Positions 1 through 10,300 of a stretch of 64,000 bases of DNA are shown here, piece by piece. The translations under genes were made by a program, and so were the position numbers. This stretch comes from Euryarchaeota archaeon UBA58. GTDB taxonomy: Archaea; Thermoplasmatota; Poseidoniia; Poseidoniales; Thalassarchaeaceae. Position 1 is the stretch's first letter, and each line of letters opens with the position of its first letter. The notes below the pieces were generated by a model. It was not told where the DNA came from. It saw only the letters and a list, made by a program, of their open reading frames with translations, and searched no databases. Where the stretch lies: NCBI GenBank assembly GCA_002498525.1, contig DAHR01000013.1:43748-107747 (forward strand). Reading direction: 5' to 3'.

Positions 1-1
1 C

Positions 2-271
2 ATTGGCGGCTACTCTACCCAGGACGACCGCATGGAGGTCCTCATCGAGTTCTTCGATTCCTCGGGGAATCTCCTCCACTCAGGCGGAATAGGGCCGCTC
101 TACGCCGATGATAGAAACAACACCACTGGAATCTTCCTTCGAGCGGATATCGGTGAAGTCCCTCAGTCCACGGCTTATGTCCGAGTCACTCTCAACGCCT
201 ACTTGTCTTACGGGATGAACGATGCCTACGCTGACGACGTCTCACTGGTGCTTGAGCGCGGGACTGTCTAA
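2..271 (+). CDS. C-terminal end (about 89 aa) of a larger ORF entering from upstream of the window; beta-rich tail domain, function unknown
   Basis: Frame is open from nt 2 (no stop before the listed ATG at 32) to TAA 269-271. The stop overlaps the next ATG (TAATG). No diagnostic motif recognised. Confidence 0.45.
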   Translation: MGGYSTQDDRMEVLIEFFDSSGNLLHSGGIGPLYADDRNNTTGIFLRADIGEVPQSTAYVRVTLNAYLSYGMNDAYADDVSLVLERGTV

Positions 272-305
272 TGCAGAGTGAATCTTCTGTGGCTCAGAGA
301 GTCCA

Positions 306-322
306 GAAGCTCAGGGGTTTAG
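306..322. repeat. 17-nt inverted fragment (gaagctcaggggtttag) of the 40-nt hairpin repeat family
   Basis: Identical to the reverse complement of the centre of the 40-mer found at 1044-1083 and 13096-13135. Confidence 0.7.
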
Positions 323-327
323 TTTCG

Positions 328-1011
328 ATGAGAACAGTGTCCAAGAATGATTCCATCCATCATATCGACGACCTCGCACCAATGATTCAAATCAAATTCA
401 GCCTTGGGCATTTCATGAATCCAAAGATTCGTGCGAAAGAGGAGGAGCTTTACAATCTGGTAAAGGAAATCGAGGCATTGAGGATGGCTCATCAAGGAGA
501 AGAAGTTCCCGATTATGAATTTACGAATCTACATGGTAACATCAAACTATCAGAGATGTTTGGTGACAAGTCAGGACTGTTCGTGATACACAACATGGGA
601 CAAGGGTGCAGATACTGCACATTGTGGGCTGACGGTATCAATGCCTTCCTACAACATTTAGAAACCGAATTCTCAGTGTTTCTGGTTTCAAAAGACGACC
701 CTGCCACGCAGAGGACATTCGCCAACGAGAGGGGCTGGAGGTTCCAGTTGGCATCGCATGATGGGGAAAGTTACGCGATTGAACAGAGTGTGGAGGAGGG
801 GGAGGACAACTACCCAGGAATCTCATACTTCGTCAAGCGGGATGAAAAGATATTCAAGAAGAATAATGCCACTTTTGGACCTGGTGATGCCTTCTGTTCA
901 CTGTGGCACATTCTCTCTCTGAGTGGGAGGAATGAGGAGGATTGGTTTCCGCAGTTCAACTACTGGAAGCGACCAGAATCGTTGGATGATGGCGGGCGTA
1001 ATGTCGAGTGA
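328..1011 (+). CDS. DUF899-like thioredoxin-fold protein
   Basis: Track ORF 271..1011. Helical N-terminal segment (KIRAKEEELYNLVKEIEALR) followed by a Trx-like core with CxxC (GQGCRYC). Length and layout are typical of DUF899. Start uncertain (ATG at 271, 328, 382 or 415); nt 306-322 carries a fragment of an intergenic repeat, so a downstream start is favoured. Confidence 0.6.
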   Translation: MRTVSKNDSIHHIDDLAPMIQIKFSLGHFMNPKIRAKEEELYNLVKEIEALRMAHQGEEVPDYEFTNLHGNIKLSEMFGDKSGLFVIHNMGQGCRYCTLWADGINAFLQHLETEFSVFLVSKDDPATQRTFANERGWRFQLASHDGESYAIEQSVEEGEDNYPGISYFVKRDEKIFKKNNATFGPGDAFCSLWHILSLSGRNEEDWFPQFNYWKRPESLDDGGRNVE

Positions 1012-1043
1012 CCACTCGCATGGCGGATTAACGAGGCGTTGAC

Positions 1044-1083
1044 CCTCGTGGATCTAAACCCCTGAGCTTCCGGACTCACGAGG
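1044..1083. repeat. 40-nt hairpin-forming repeat, copy A (cctcgtggatctaaacccctgagcttccggactcacgagg)
   Basis: Identical 40/40 to 13096-13135 in the same orientation. The ends are a 7-bp inverted repeat (cctcgtg / cacgagg). Lies between the convergent stops of the DUF899-like gene and the giant gene. Confidence 0.9.
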
Positions 1084-1320
1084 ACATAGCCCGGCCACTG
1101 ACAAACCAACCCTTCAAGGCTGGCACCTCCTGTCAGGGTCATGGGAAAACTCGAATTTATGGGAATACCCAACTGGCTGGCATTCGCAGTGATAGGCTTC
1201 GTCTTCATACTCCTGATGCGGGACGCATATTTCTGACCTCATATCGGACCAGGCTACCCTCTGTGCCTACCCATTTTAGGGCTACGAACGAACCACTGTT
1301 CTCACCGAAAGCGAACCAGT

Positions 1321-1338
1321 GGGTTTAGACTCACGAGG
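1321..1338. repeat. Inverted partial copy (gggtttagactcacgagg) of the 40-nt repeat left arm
   Basis: Its reverse complement cctcgtgagtctaaaccc matches cctcgtggatctaaaccc (1044-1061) at 16/18. Weaker similarity continues inward for about 12 more nt. Sits 14 nt downstream of the giant-gene stop. Confidence 0.7.
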
Positions 1339-1351
1339 ACTCAGGTACCCC

Positions 1352-4300
1352 CTACTCCTCTTCTTCATCGTAATACCTAATCCTCGACTTTGAGTATGTG
1401 GTCGCTGCGAGTATCACAATAGCGACCACGACCAAGTCAATCATTACGTCGACTTGGGTCTGATATCGGGCCATTTTCTTGATTACGTCCGAATTGTCGC
1501 CGGCGCCATCGCCGTCCGAGTCAAGCCATTCGGAGGGGTCATTCGGGAATGCATCGTCTTTGTCGGAGTAACCGTCGCTATCGGTATCCGAATCCATTGG
1601 GTCGGTGCCAATGTCGTACTCCCGGATGTCGCTGAGTCCGTCGTTGTCATCATCCAAGTCGGCGTTGTCGCCCTCGCCGTCGCCATCGTTGTCATCCTGT
1701 TCGGAGGGGTCGTAGGGGAAGGCGTCATCCACGTCGAGACGCCCGTCGTTGTCATCGTCGAGATCCTCGTCGGAGTCCCTACAGCCGTCGTCGTCCCTGT
1801 CTTCGACGAGCCCACTCACCCAACCCTGAACTCCGGGGCTGCAGAAGTCGTCCTGATCGGGTTGCCCGTCGTTGTCATCGTCCTCATCTTCGTAATCGGG
1901 GATTCTGTCGCCATCGGAGTCCAGATGGCAATCCTCGGACGAGTCGGAGCCTGTGTCAAGCGTCATGAAAGTCTCCGGGCAGGCCTCCGGACTTGTGCTG
2001 GCATACCCGGATGTGTAGTGGTCCATGGGCGCGGCCGTCTGAACTGTGGAGGCCTCCTGACCCACGAAGTAACCTGGGTCCGACTCAATGCAGGACGCCT
2101 GTCCGGACGACGGCTGGTACGTCCCAAGTGAGCAGGCTGTCGGTTGGCTGCTCCCATCCTCGGATGTGAAGTATCCTGGACCGGTGTAGATGCAGGCGCT
2201 GGAATTCGATGAGCCCTGCTCGGGATTGTATGTACCCGGCGTGCACGCAGTCTGAACGATTGACGCCTCGACTAGGACATAGTGACCAGGACTGGCTCCG
2301 ATGCACCCGGTCTGCCCCTCCGATGGCTGATAGGTCCCGACAGGACACGGAATCTGATACGGCATGCTTTCATTACCAGTGTAGTGCCCAGGGTCAGCCT
2401 GCATGCACGAGTCGTGGCTTGTAGAGGCGTTGTCCGGGTTGTAGGTGCCGGCCTCGCATGCAGTCTGCGATGTTGCCGCTTCGGAGTCTACGTAGTAGCC
2501 GTGATTGGCTTCTCTGCAAGAGTCTCTCCCTGTGGAGGGCTGGTATGTCCCCAAGGCGCATTCTGACTGAGTGGTTGAGTCGTTTGAATCGACATAGTGC
2601 CCAGCATCGGCCGGCATGCACGAGGTCTGGCCGGTGAGTGGGGTGTAAGTCCCTTGATAGCACCCTATCTGATAGGACATACCAGCAACAGGAGTGAAGT
2701 TGCCGGGGCTGGTCTCAATGCAGTCTTCGGAACTGATTGAACCATTGCTTGGGTTGTAGGTGCCGGCCTCACATGCGGTTTGGTTGATTGCTGACTGGAA
2801 ACTGACGTAGTGGCCGGGCGCAGCCTCGTAGCAACTGGATGAGGCGTTGTACGGCTGGTAGTGTCCAATCGCACAGGGGGTTTGCACCGTGGAAGAAGCG
2901 TTGGCAGCCACATAGTAGCCGGGACTGGAATCGATGCAGCTCGTCTGACCGGTCGACGGCTGGTAAGTCCCAGAGGAGCAAGGGGTCTGCTCCGCCATCC
3001 CGAAGCTCGCCACGTAGTAACCACCGCTTGCCAATACGCAGTCAGTTGGCGAGTATGAACCCCAATTGGGATTGTAGGTTCCCGAGGAGCACGCGGTCTG
3101 GTTCGTCGACGCTTCGGAGTTCACATAGTGGCCGGGCGAAGCCGAGTAGCAGCTGGATGATGCGTTGTTGGGCTGGTAGGTGCCTGCCGCGCAGGCGGTC
3201 TGCGAGGAGGAGGAGCTGTTCGGCACGTAGTAGCCGGGAGACGCTTCGATGCAAGAGGTCTGGGCGCTTGACGGTTGGTAGGTACCCGCCGCGCAGGCGG
3301 TCTGCGAGGTCGCAGCTGTAGTGTTGACATAGTAGCCAGGGGATGCCGAGGTCTGATCGGTAGCGGCTGACGTCGGCACGTAATACCCCGGATCCGCATC
3401 TTCGCAGGAGGTCAGGCCCTCGTCCGGCTGGTAGGTGCCTGCCGCGCAGGCGGTCTGAGAGGTAGCGGCTGTGGTGTCGACGTAGTATCCCGGGGACGCG
3501 TCGATGCAGGAGGCCTGGCCGGTGTCCGGCTGGTAGGCCCCTGGATCACAGGCGGTCTGGTTCGTCGCAGCCATGGTGTCGACGTAGTAGCCGGCGTCCG
3601 CGTCATCGCAGGAGGTCTGGCCCTCGTCGGATTGGTAGGTCCCCAAGGAGCACGCGGTCTGGGCTGTCGCCGCCGTGGTGTTGACGTAGTAGCCAGCATC
3701 CGTGTCAAGACAGGAAGTCTGGCCCTGGTTCGGCTGGTATGCCCCCGGAGAGCACGCGGTCTGGTTAGTTGACGCTTCGGAGTTAACATAGTGGCCGGGC
3801 GAAGCCGAGTAGCAGCTGGATGATGCGTTGTTGGGCTGGTAGGTGCCTGCCGCGCAGGCGGTCTGCGAGGAGGAGGCGCTGTTCGGCACATAGTATCCAG
3901 CGGATGCGTCGATGCAGGAGGCCTGGCCATTGGATGGCTGGTAGGTCCCTGGATCGCAGGCGGTCTGGGCTGTCGCTGCCGTGGTGTTGACGTAGTAGCC
4001 GGCGTCAGCCTCGTCGCACGAGGTCTGACCCTCGTCGGATTGGTAGGTCCCCTGGGAGCACGGTGTCTGGGATGTAGAACCTGCATTCGGCACGTAGTAG
4101 CCCTCATCTGCGTTGATGCAAGCACTGGAATCCGATGACCCAGTGTTGGGATTGTAGGTACCCGCAGGGCACGCGGTCTGCGAGGTAGCGGCTGTGGTGT
4201 CGACGTAGTAACCGGCTGAGGCGTCGATGCACGAGGACTGTGCGGTGGACGGCTGGTAGGTGCCTGCCGCGCAGGCGGTCTGCGAGGCTGCAGCGGTGGT

Positions 4301-7300
4301 GCTCACGTAGTAGCCGGCGTCCGCATCATCGCAGGAGGTCTGGCCGGTCGACGGCTGGTAAGTCCCGGGATCGCAGGCGATCTGGGAGGTAGCGGCTGTG
4401 GTGTCGACGTAGTATCCCGCGGAGGTGTCGATGCACGAGGACTGTGCGGTGGACGGCTGGTAGGTACCTGCCGCGCAGGCGGTCTGCGAGGTCGCAGCGG
4501 TGGTGCTCACGTAGTAGCCGGCGTCCGCATCATCGCAGGCGGTCTGGCCGGTCGACGGCTGGTACGTCCCGAGATTGCAGGCGATCTGGGAGGTAGCGGC
4601 TGTGGTGTCGACATAGTAACCGGCCAAGGCGTATGTGCAGCTCACCTGGCCGGTGGACGGCTGGTAGGTGCCTGCAGCGCAGGCAGTCTGCGATGCCGAA
4701 CCGGCGCTCATCGCGTAGTAGCCCGCGTCGGCGTCTAGGCAGGCGGAGGAGTTCGTCGAGCCGGTGCTCGGGTTGTAGGTGCCGGCGGGGCACGGCGTCT
4801 GGTCGGTCTGAGGCGGTACTGGAGCGGGGAAACTGACGTTGTCCAGCCAGACGGTGTCCATTCCGCCCCCTAGAGTGCTGTCCCTTTCGTAGACCCAAGC
4901 GAAGGAGTGTTCTCCGGCCGTGACGTAGTACGACTCCGAGGTCCAGCCGCTGATTCCGGACCAATACCCCTGTACCGAGTAGTCGACGTAGAAGATCAGG
5001 TAATCGTATCCTGACTCGGTGCTGATCTTCTGGTTCCAAGTGACGTAGCCCGAAACAGTCGTCAGGTTGATCTCCAGAACGCCCTCCTCGCTGTCGTCGG
5101 TCTGGTTGTTCATCGCCGAATAGACACCGACATGCGATTCGCTGCTCGTCACCGACCAGTTAGCGTCGCCATTGACGTCAGTCCCCCCAGCTTGGTCGTC
5201 GTTGAGCCAAGCAAGTCCACTGAAGTTCCCTGATTCGAAACCATCGGTGTAGGTCAGGGCATCCGGGACGTAGTAGCCTGGGCTTGCGACTAGGCACGAG
5301 GACTGCCCGGTAGACGGCTGGTAGGTCCCTGCCGCGCAGGCAGTCTGCGATGCCGAGCCGGCGCTCACCGCGTAGTAGCCCGCGTCGGCGTCTAGGCAGG
5401 CGGAGGAGTTCGTCGAGCCGGTGCTCGGGTTGTAGGTTCCAGCAGCACAGGCTGTCTGGCTTGTGGCTCCGGTCGTGTCTACGTAGTATCCCGCAGATGC
5501 ATCGGTGCAACTGGACTGGCCGGTGGACGCCTGGTAGGTTCCTGCTGCGCAGGCCGTCTGGCTTGTGGCTCCGGTCGTGTCCACGTAGTATCCCGCAGAT
5601 GCATCGGTGCAACTGGACTGGCCGGTGGACGCCTGGTAGGTTCCTGCCGCGCAGGCGGTCTGCGAAGTCGCTGCGGTAGTGCCGACGAAGTAGCCGGCGT
5701 CGGCATCGGTGCAGGAGGTCTGAGCCGTGAAGGGTTGGTAGGTCCCAGCGGCGCAGGCGGTCTGCAGGGGCGAAGCTGTGGTGCTGACGTAGTGTCCGGC
5801 GTCCGCGTCCAGACAGGAGGTCTGGCCGATACTCGGTTGGTAGGTCCCTGCCGCGCATGCGGTCTGGGATGCCGAGCCAGCACTGGAAGTGTAGTACCCC
5901 GCATCGGCATCGGTGCAATCACTCGAACTGGTCGAGCCTGTGTTCGGGTTGTATGTGCCAGCTAGGCAGGCGGTCTGCGAGGTCGCAGCGCTGCTGTCGA
6001 CGTAGTAGCCGGCCGAGGCGTCTGTGCACGAACTCTGCCCGGTCGACGGCTGGTAGGTCCCAATTGAGCACTCTAATTGGGATGTGTGAAGCAGTGAACC
6101 CGCATTCGGGACGTAATGCCCGGCGATCGAATCGGTGCAGGTGAATCGGCCGTATGACCCAGCGGGGCAGGAAATCCAGCGTGCTGGGTTGTTCAGGTAG
6201 TCATCATTTGTGTCAACGACTCCATCGCCATCCAAATCCGTATCGAGCTGTAATATAGTTCTCCCAGCCGGCAGGTTGACTGCGACCGGTGTGTAGCTGG
6301 TGGTGGTGGAGCCGTCGCCGAGCTCGCCGTGGTTGTTGAAGCCCCAGCAGTAGGCCGAGGCGTCGTCGAGGACGGCGCAGGCATGCCACATCCCTGGGGA
6401 CACAGAGGAGGCGGTCCGCCCGCTGGGCAGACTCACTGCCACCGGTGTGTAGCTGGTGGTGGTGGAGCCGTCGCCGAGCTGGCCGAGGTTGTTGTAGCCC
6501 CAGCAGTAGGCCGAGGCGTCGTCGAGGACGGCGCAGGTGCTCGTTCTTCCAGCGGACATCGAGGAGACGGTCCGCCCGCTGGGCAGACTCACTGCCACCG
6601 GCGTGTTGCTGCTCTCGGTGGTGGTGCCGTTTCCAAGCATCAGGCCGTCGCCGTTGAAGCCCCAGCAGTAGGCCGAGGCGTCGTCGAGGACGGCGCAGGT
6701 GTGGTGATACCCTAAGGACACAGAGAAGGCGGTCCGCCCGCTGGGCAGGCTGACTGCCACCGGTGTGGAGCTGGTGGTGTTGGAGCCGTCGCCGAGTTGT
6801 CCGTCGCCGTTGAAGCCCCAGCAGTACAGCGAGGCGTCGTCGAGGACGGCGCAGGTGCTCGTCCATCCAGCGGACATCGAGGAGACGGTCCGCCCGCTGG
6901 GCAGGCTGACTGGGACCGGTGTGGAGCTGGAGGTGGTGGAGCCGTCGCCGAACCGGCCGTCGGAGTTGTCGCCCCAGCAGTAGGCCGAGGCGTCGTCGAG
7001 GACGGCGCAGGTGTGGACCCCCCCTGAAGACACAGAGGAGGCGGTCCGCCCGCTGGGCAGACTCACTGCCACCGGCGTGTTGCTGTTGGTGGTGGTGCCG
7101 TCGCCGAGTTGTCCGTCGATGTTGTAGCCCCAGCAGTACAGCGAGGAGTCATCCATAATGGCACAGGTGTGTGATAGTAGACCCGAGGACACCGAAGAAG
7201 CAGTGCGCCCAGAGGGCAGGCTGACTGCCACCGGCGTGTGGGTGTTGGTGGTGGTGCCGTCGCCGAGCTGGCCGTAGGAGTTGTCGCCCCAGCAGTACAG

Positions 7301-10300
7301 CGAGGAGTCATCCATAATGGCGCAGGTGTGGTGCTCCCCGCTTGAGATAACAGATTTGGGTCTTTTCATGTGAGTGTCGAAGATGTTCAGGGTGCCATCG
7401 CCATCGAGGTCGCGATCGGAGACTGCGACCGAGCTACCATTTGCGAGGCTTACGTAAGTTGGAGTGGTACTGTCCGTGGTCGTCCCATCGCCCAACTGGC
7501 CGGCGCTGTTCGAGCCCCAGCACTGGACGGACATGTTGTCCATGATTGCGCACGTGTGTCCGCTTCCCGCGGCTACGGCGAGTACAGAGCGAACCGATCC
7601 TATGGCAACGCTTACCGGAGTGTTGCTGGACGAAGTGTCTCCATCGCCCAGTTGCCCATCACTGTTTTTGCCCCAGCATTTGAGCGAGGCGTCACTGAGA
7701 ATAGCACAGGAGTGGTAGTATCCTGTTGCGATGGACACGGCTGTGAGTCCCGTTCCGAGGTCGACGCTGCTGGATGGGGTGCTGCTGTCGGTGTATGTGC
7801 CATCACCGAGTCCGCCGTGGCCGTTGTAGCCCCAGCACTTGACCGAACCATCGTCGAGGATGGCGCAGGTGTGATACCTCCCTCCAGAGACTGCTACTGC
7901 GAACCTGCCTGCTCCCACATCTACGCTCACTGGACTGCTGCTGTCGGTGGTCGTGCCGTCACCGAGCTGGCCGTGAGAGTTGCTCCCCCAGCACTTGAGC
8001 GAAGCGTTGTCGAGGATTGCGCAGGTGTGAGATGACCCTGTGCCTATCGCAGCGGCAGTACGGCCGACCCCCAGGTCCACGCTGACTGTGCTGCTGCTGG
8101 TAGTCGTCCCATCTCCCAGTTGACCGGCCGAGTTGCCACCCCAACAGATGAGGGAGGCGTTGTCAAGAATCGCGCATGCATGGTCGAAACCGACTGCTAT
8201 CGCAACTGCTGCTCGTCCAGCGCCGATACTAACCGTGTTGCCACTGGAGCCCCCATTGTTCTGCCCCCAGCACTTGACCGAGCCGTCATCCAAAATGGAA
8301 CAGGAGGTGTAGAATCCCATGGCGGTAGCCACAGCCGTTCTGCCGGACCCCAGAATCGCTGCTGCAGGGGTGGTTCGACTAGTGCTAGTGCCGTCCCCTA
8401 GTTTCCCGACGGTGTTCGAGCCCCAGCAGTGGAGGGAGGCATTGTCGAGAACCGCGCAGGTCGAGCTGCCCATAGCGGACAGAGTGGAGTAGGTGAACAC
8501 CGAGCCTGCTTGGAACCCGGCCTCTAGTAGGTCGGAGTCGATTGAGTCGCAGATGCCGTCGAAATCCGCATCGGAAGGTACTGAGTTGGAGTCCGTCGGG
8601 TTCGTACTGCAGATGGCCTCATCGTCATCCGACCAGCCGTCGTCGTCGTCGTCGGTGTCGGCGTTGTTGCCGGTCCCGTCGCCGTCGGTGTCGGTGTCCT
8701 CGCTAGGGTCCAGAGGGAACGCGTCCTCCGAGTTGGCCACACCATCGCCATCGGCATCCTCGTCCGCATCATTGCAGATGCCGTCGGAATCCAAGTCGCC
8801 GTCCGAGACTGCGCCGGCGTAGCAGGTCGATCTCCGAGATAGGGGGCCCTCGCCAAGACCTTGCATCACAGCGGACACCCGATAGTGACTGAGTACGCCT
8901 AAAACGGCGCTGGTGTCAGTGTAAGTCAGGGTGCTGGACGAGACAGTCGAGTGGAAGCTCTCGTTGCCGGGCGAGTCGCCCTTGTAGACCCTGTACTCAG
9001 TGACCGCAGGGCCAGAGGAGGGAGCAGTCCAGGATAGCACGAGATTGGTGCTCGTCGCTGAGATGGTCGGGCTCAGCATCCCGGGTGGCTCTGCTGCGGT
9101 GATGCCCCTGCACCTCCACCCATCGTACGGCGTGAGATCGATTGTGGTGACTTCCGCCATGGCGACGGGGTCCCAGACGATGATACGGTTACCCCCCCAT
9201 TCCGAGATGTATACCCTATCATCGAGTTGGTAAACTCCGTGGGTACTGGCGTAGCCGTCTGAATATTGCGTCGAGGTTCCCGTTTCTAAATCCAAATGTG
9301 AGAATCCTGCACTACTGACGAAGTAGCCAGCATATACCTCAGAGTCGTCGTCGTTCAATTGAATCCCTGCCCTGAGCGTGCCTACTGAGTGACTGGCGTA
9401 TATCGATAGGTTCGAAGTGTAGAATTCAACAATTAATTCCTCGTCATAGCCGATGATGCCAAACGAGCCATCTGAGGAGATATCGACATCGAACGGCGAG
9501 TATGTCCCTGTTGTCATGTTCCCTAGATGAGTAAGGCTGGGTAAGGAGTAGGTTTGCAGGAGAGATTCGTCTTTATTCGTGACAAAGACAACCGTGCCAG
9601 CGGGGTTCACAGCAACAGCGTAGGTCTCCCATATATCATTGAAAACCAGTGAGATGTTTCCTGTTATGGCCTGATTGGCGATATCGATCAGATACAGTTG
9701 AGTTGAGGTGGCGACGACCAAATCGCCGTTGGAGACGGGGGCTAGGGAACCGGGAGAAGCGCGTCCCGTCAGTTGGTACGTACTCACTGATTGCCCGGTC
9801 CAGGCGTCATAGACATTGATGATGGAATTATCCCACGATACGCCGTCATGATAAGCCGCCCCGGCTGAAAATAAATATCTCCCATCATCCGAAATAGCTG
9901 TGTCATAATCAAAGGACCCCTGGTATTGGGCTCTGAAAAGCAAATCTCCGCTATCGCCATCCAAGGACATCACGTGGTTGCGGTACTCGGCAGCGCAGTA
10001 CACTTGGACACCATGATCGCGGTGCCTGTATTCAAGGAAGGTCACCCCCCACGAGTGGAGTGTGTTGGTTGAGCTGCTGCTACTTGAGGCATGAAGAATC
10101 CAATCTCCGAGCGAGGATTCGCCCTTTAGTTGGTACAGGGCCTCCGAGGGGGCCTCGTCGTAGCCGAAGATGGAGTCGAACCCGGATTTCCAGTAGAATT
10201 CCTCGTTGGCTACCTGAATCTCATCGAACAGCGCGATCATCTTACCACTGGGGGTCTCGAGAGTGAGGTTCAGCTTAGCCGGGACAATCGGGTGAGAGAC

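Larger units (their letters stand above)
5270..6175 (-). repeat. Coding repeat array: N-terminal block of about 9 Cys-rich 34-aa modules
   Basis: Same module as 1931-4790. Contains a near-perfect 102-nt tandem duplication at 5454-5657. Confidence 0.8.

Noticed and set aside
984-1083. C/D-box sRNA hypothesis for the 40-nt repeat (CUGA within it, GAUGAUGG about 75 nt upstream of copy A)
   Set aside because: The putative C box is imperfect and is absent upstream of copy B. No C'/D' pair or terminal stem was found.
960-1208. ORFs 960..1208(-) and 13042..13320(-) share the peptide LVSPEAQGFRSTR and might look like paralogous small proteins
   Set aside because: The shared peptide is simply the translation of the identical 40-nt repeat. 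The flanking residues are unrelated and the ORFs overlap real genes or intergenic DNA. Treated as a DNA or RNA-level element.
1355-1366. C-terminal oligo-Glu tails on three unrelated proteins (giant protein ...DEEEE, DedA-like ...LLDEEE, Nop10 ...GDEEE)
   Set aside because: These are short acidic tails in a proteome that is acid-rich overall. There is no associated RimK/TTL-like ligase or other supporting signal in the window, so coincidence is likely.
1931-8500. Regular 102-nt and ~156-nt periodic repeats could be mistaken for a CRISPR-like or satellite array
   Set aside because: The repeats are in frame within one long ORF and encode conserved Cys or RCC1 motifs. There are no unique spacers or a leader. 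They are coding tandem repeats.
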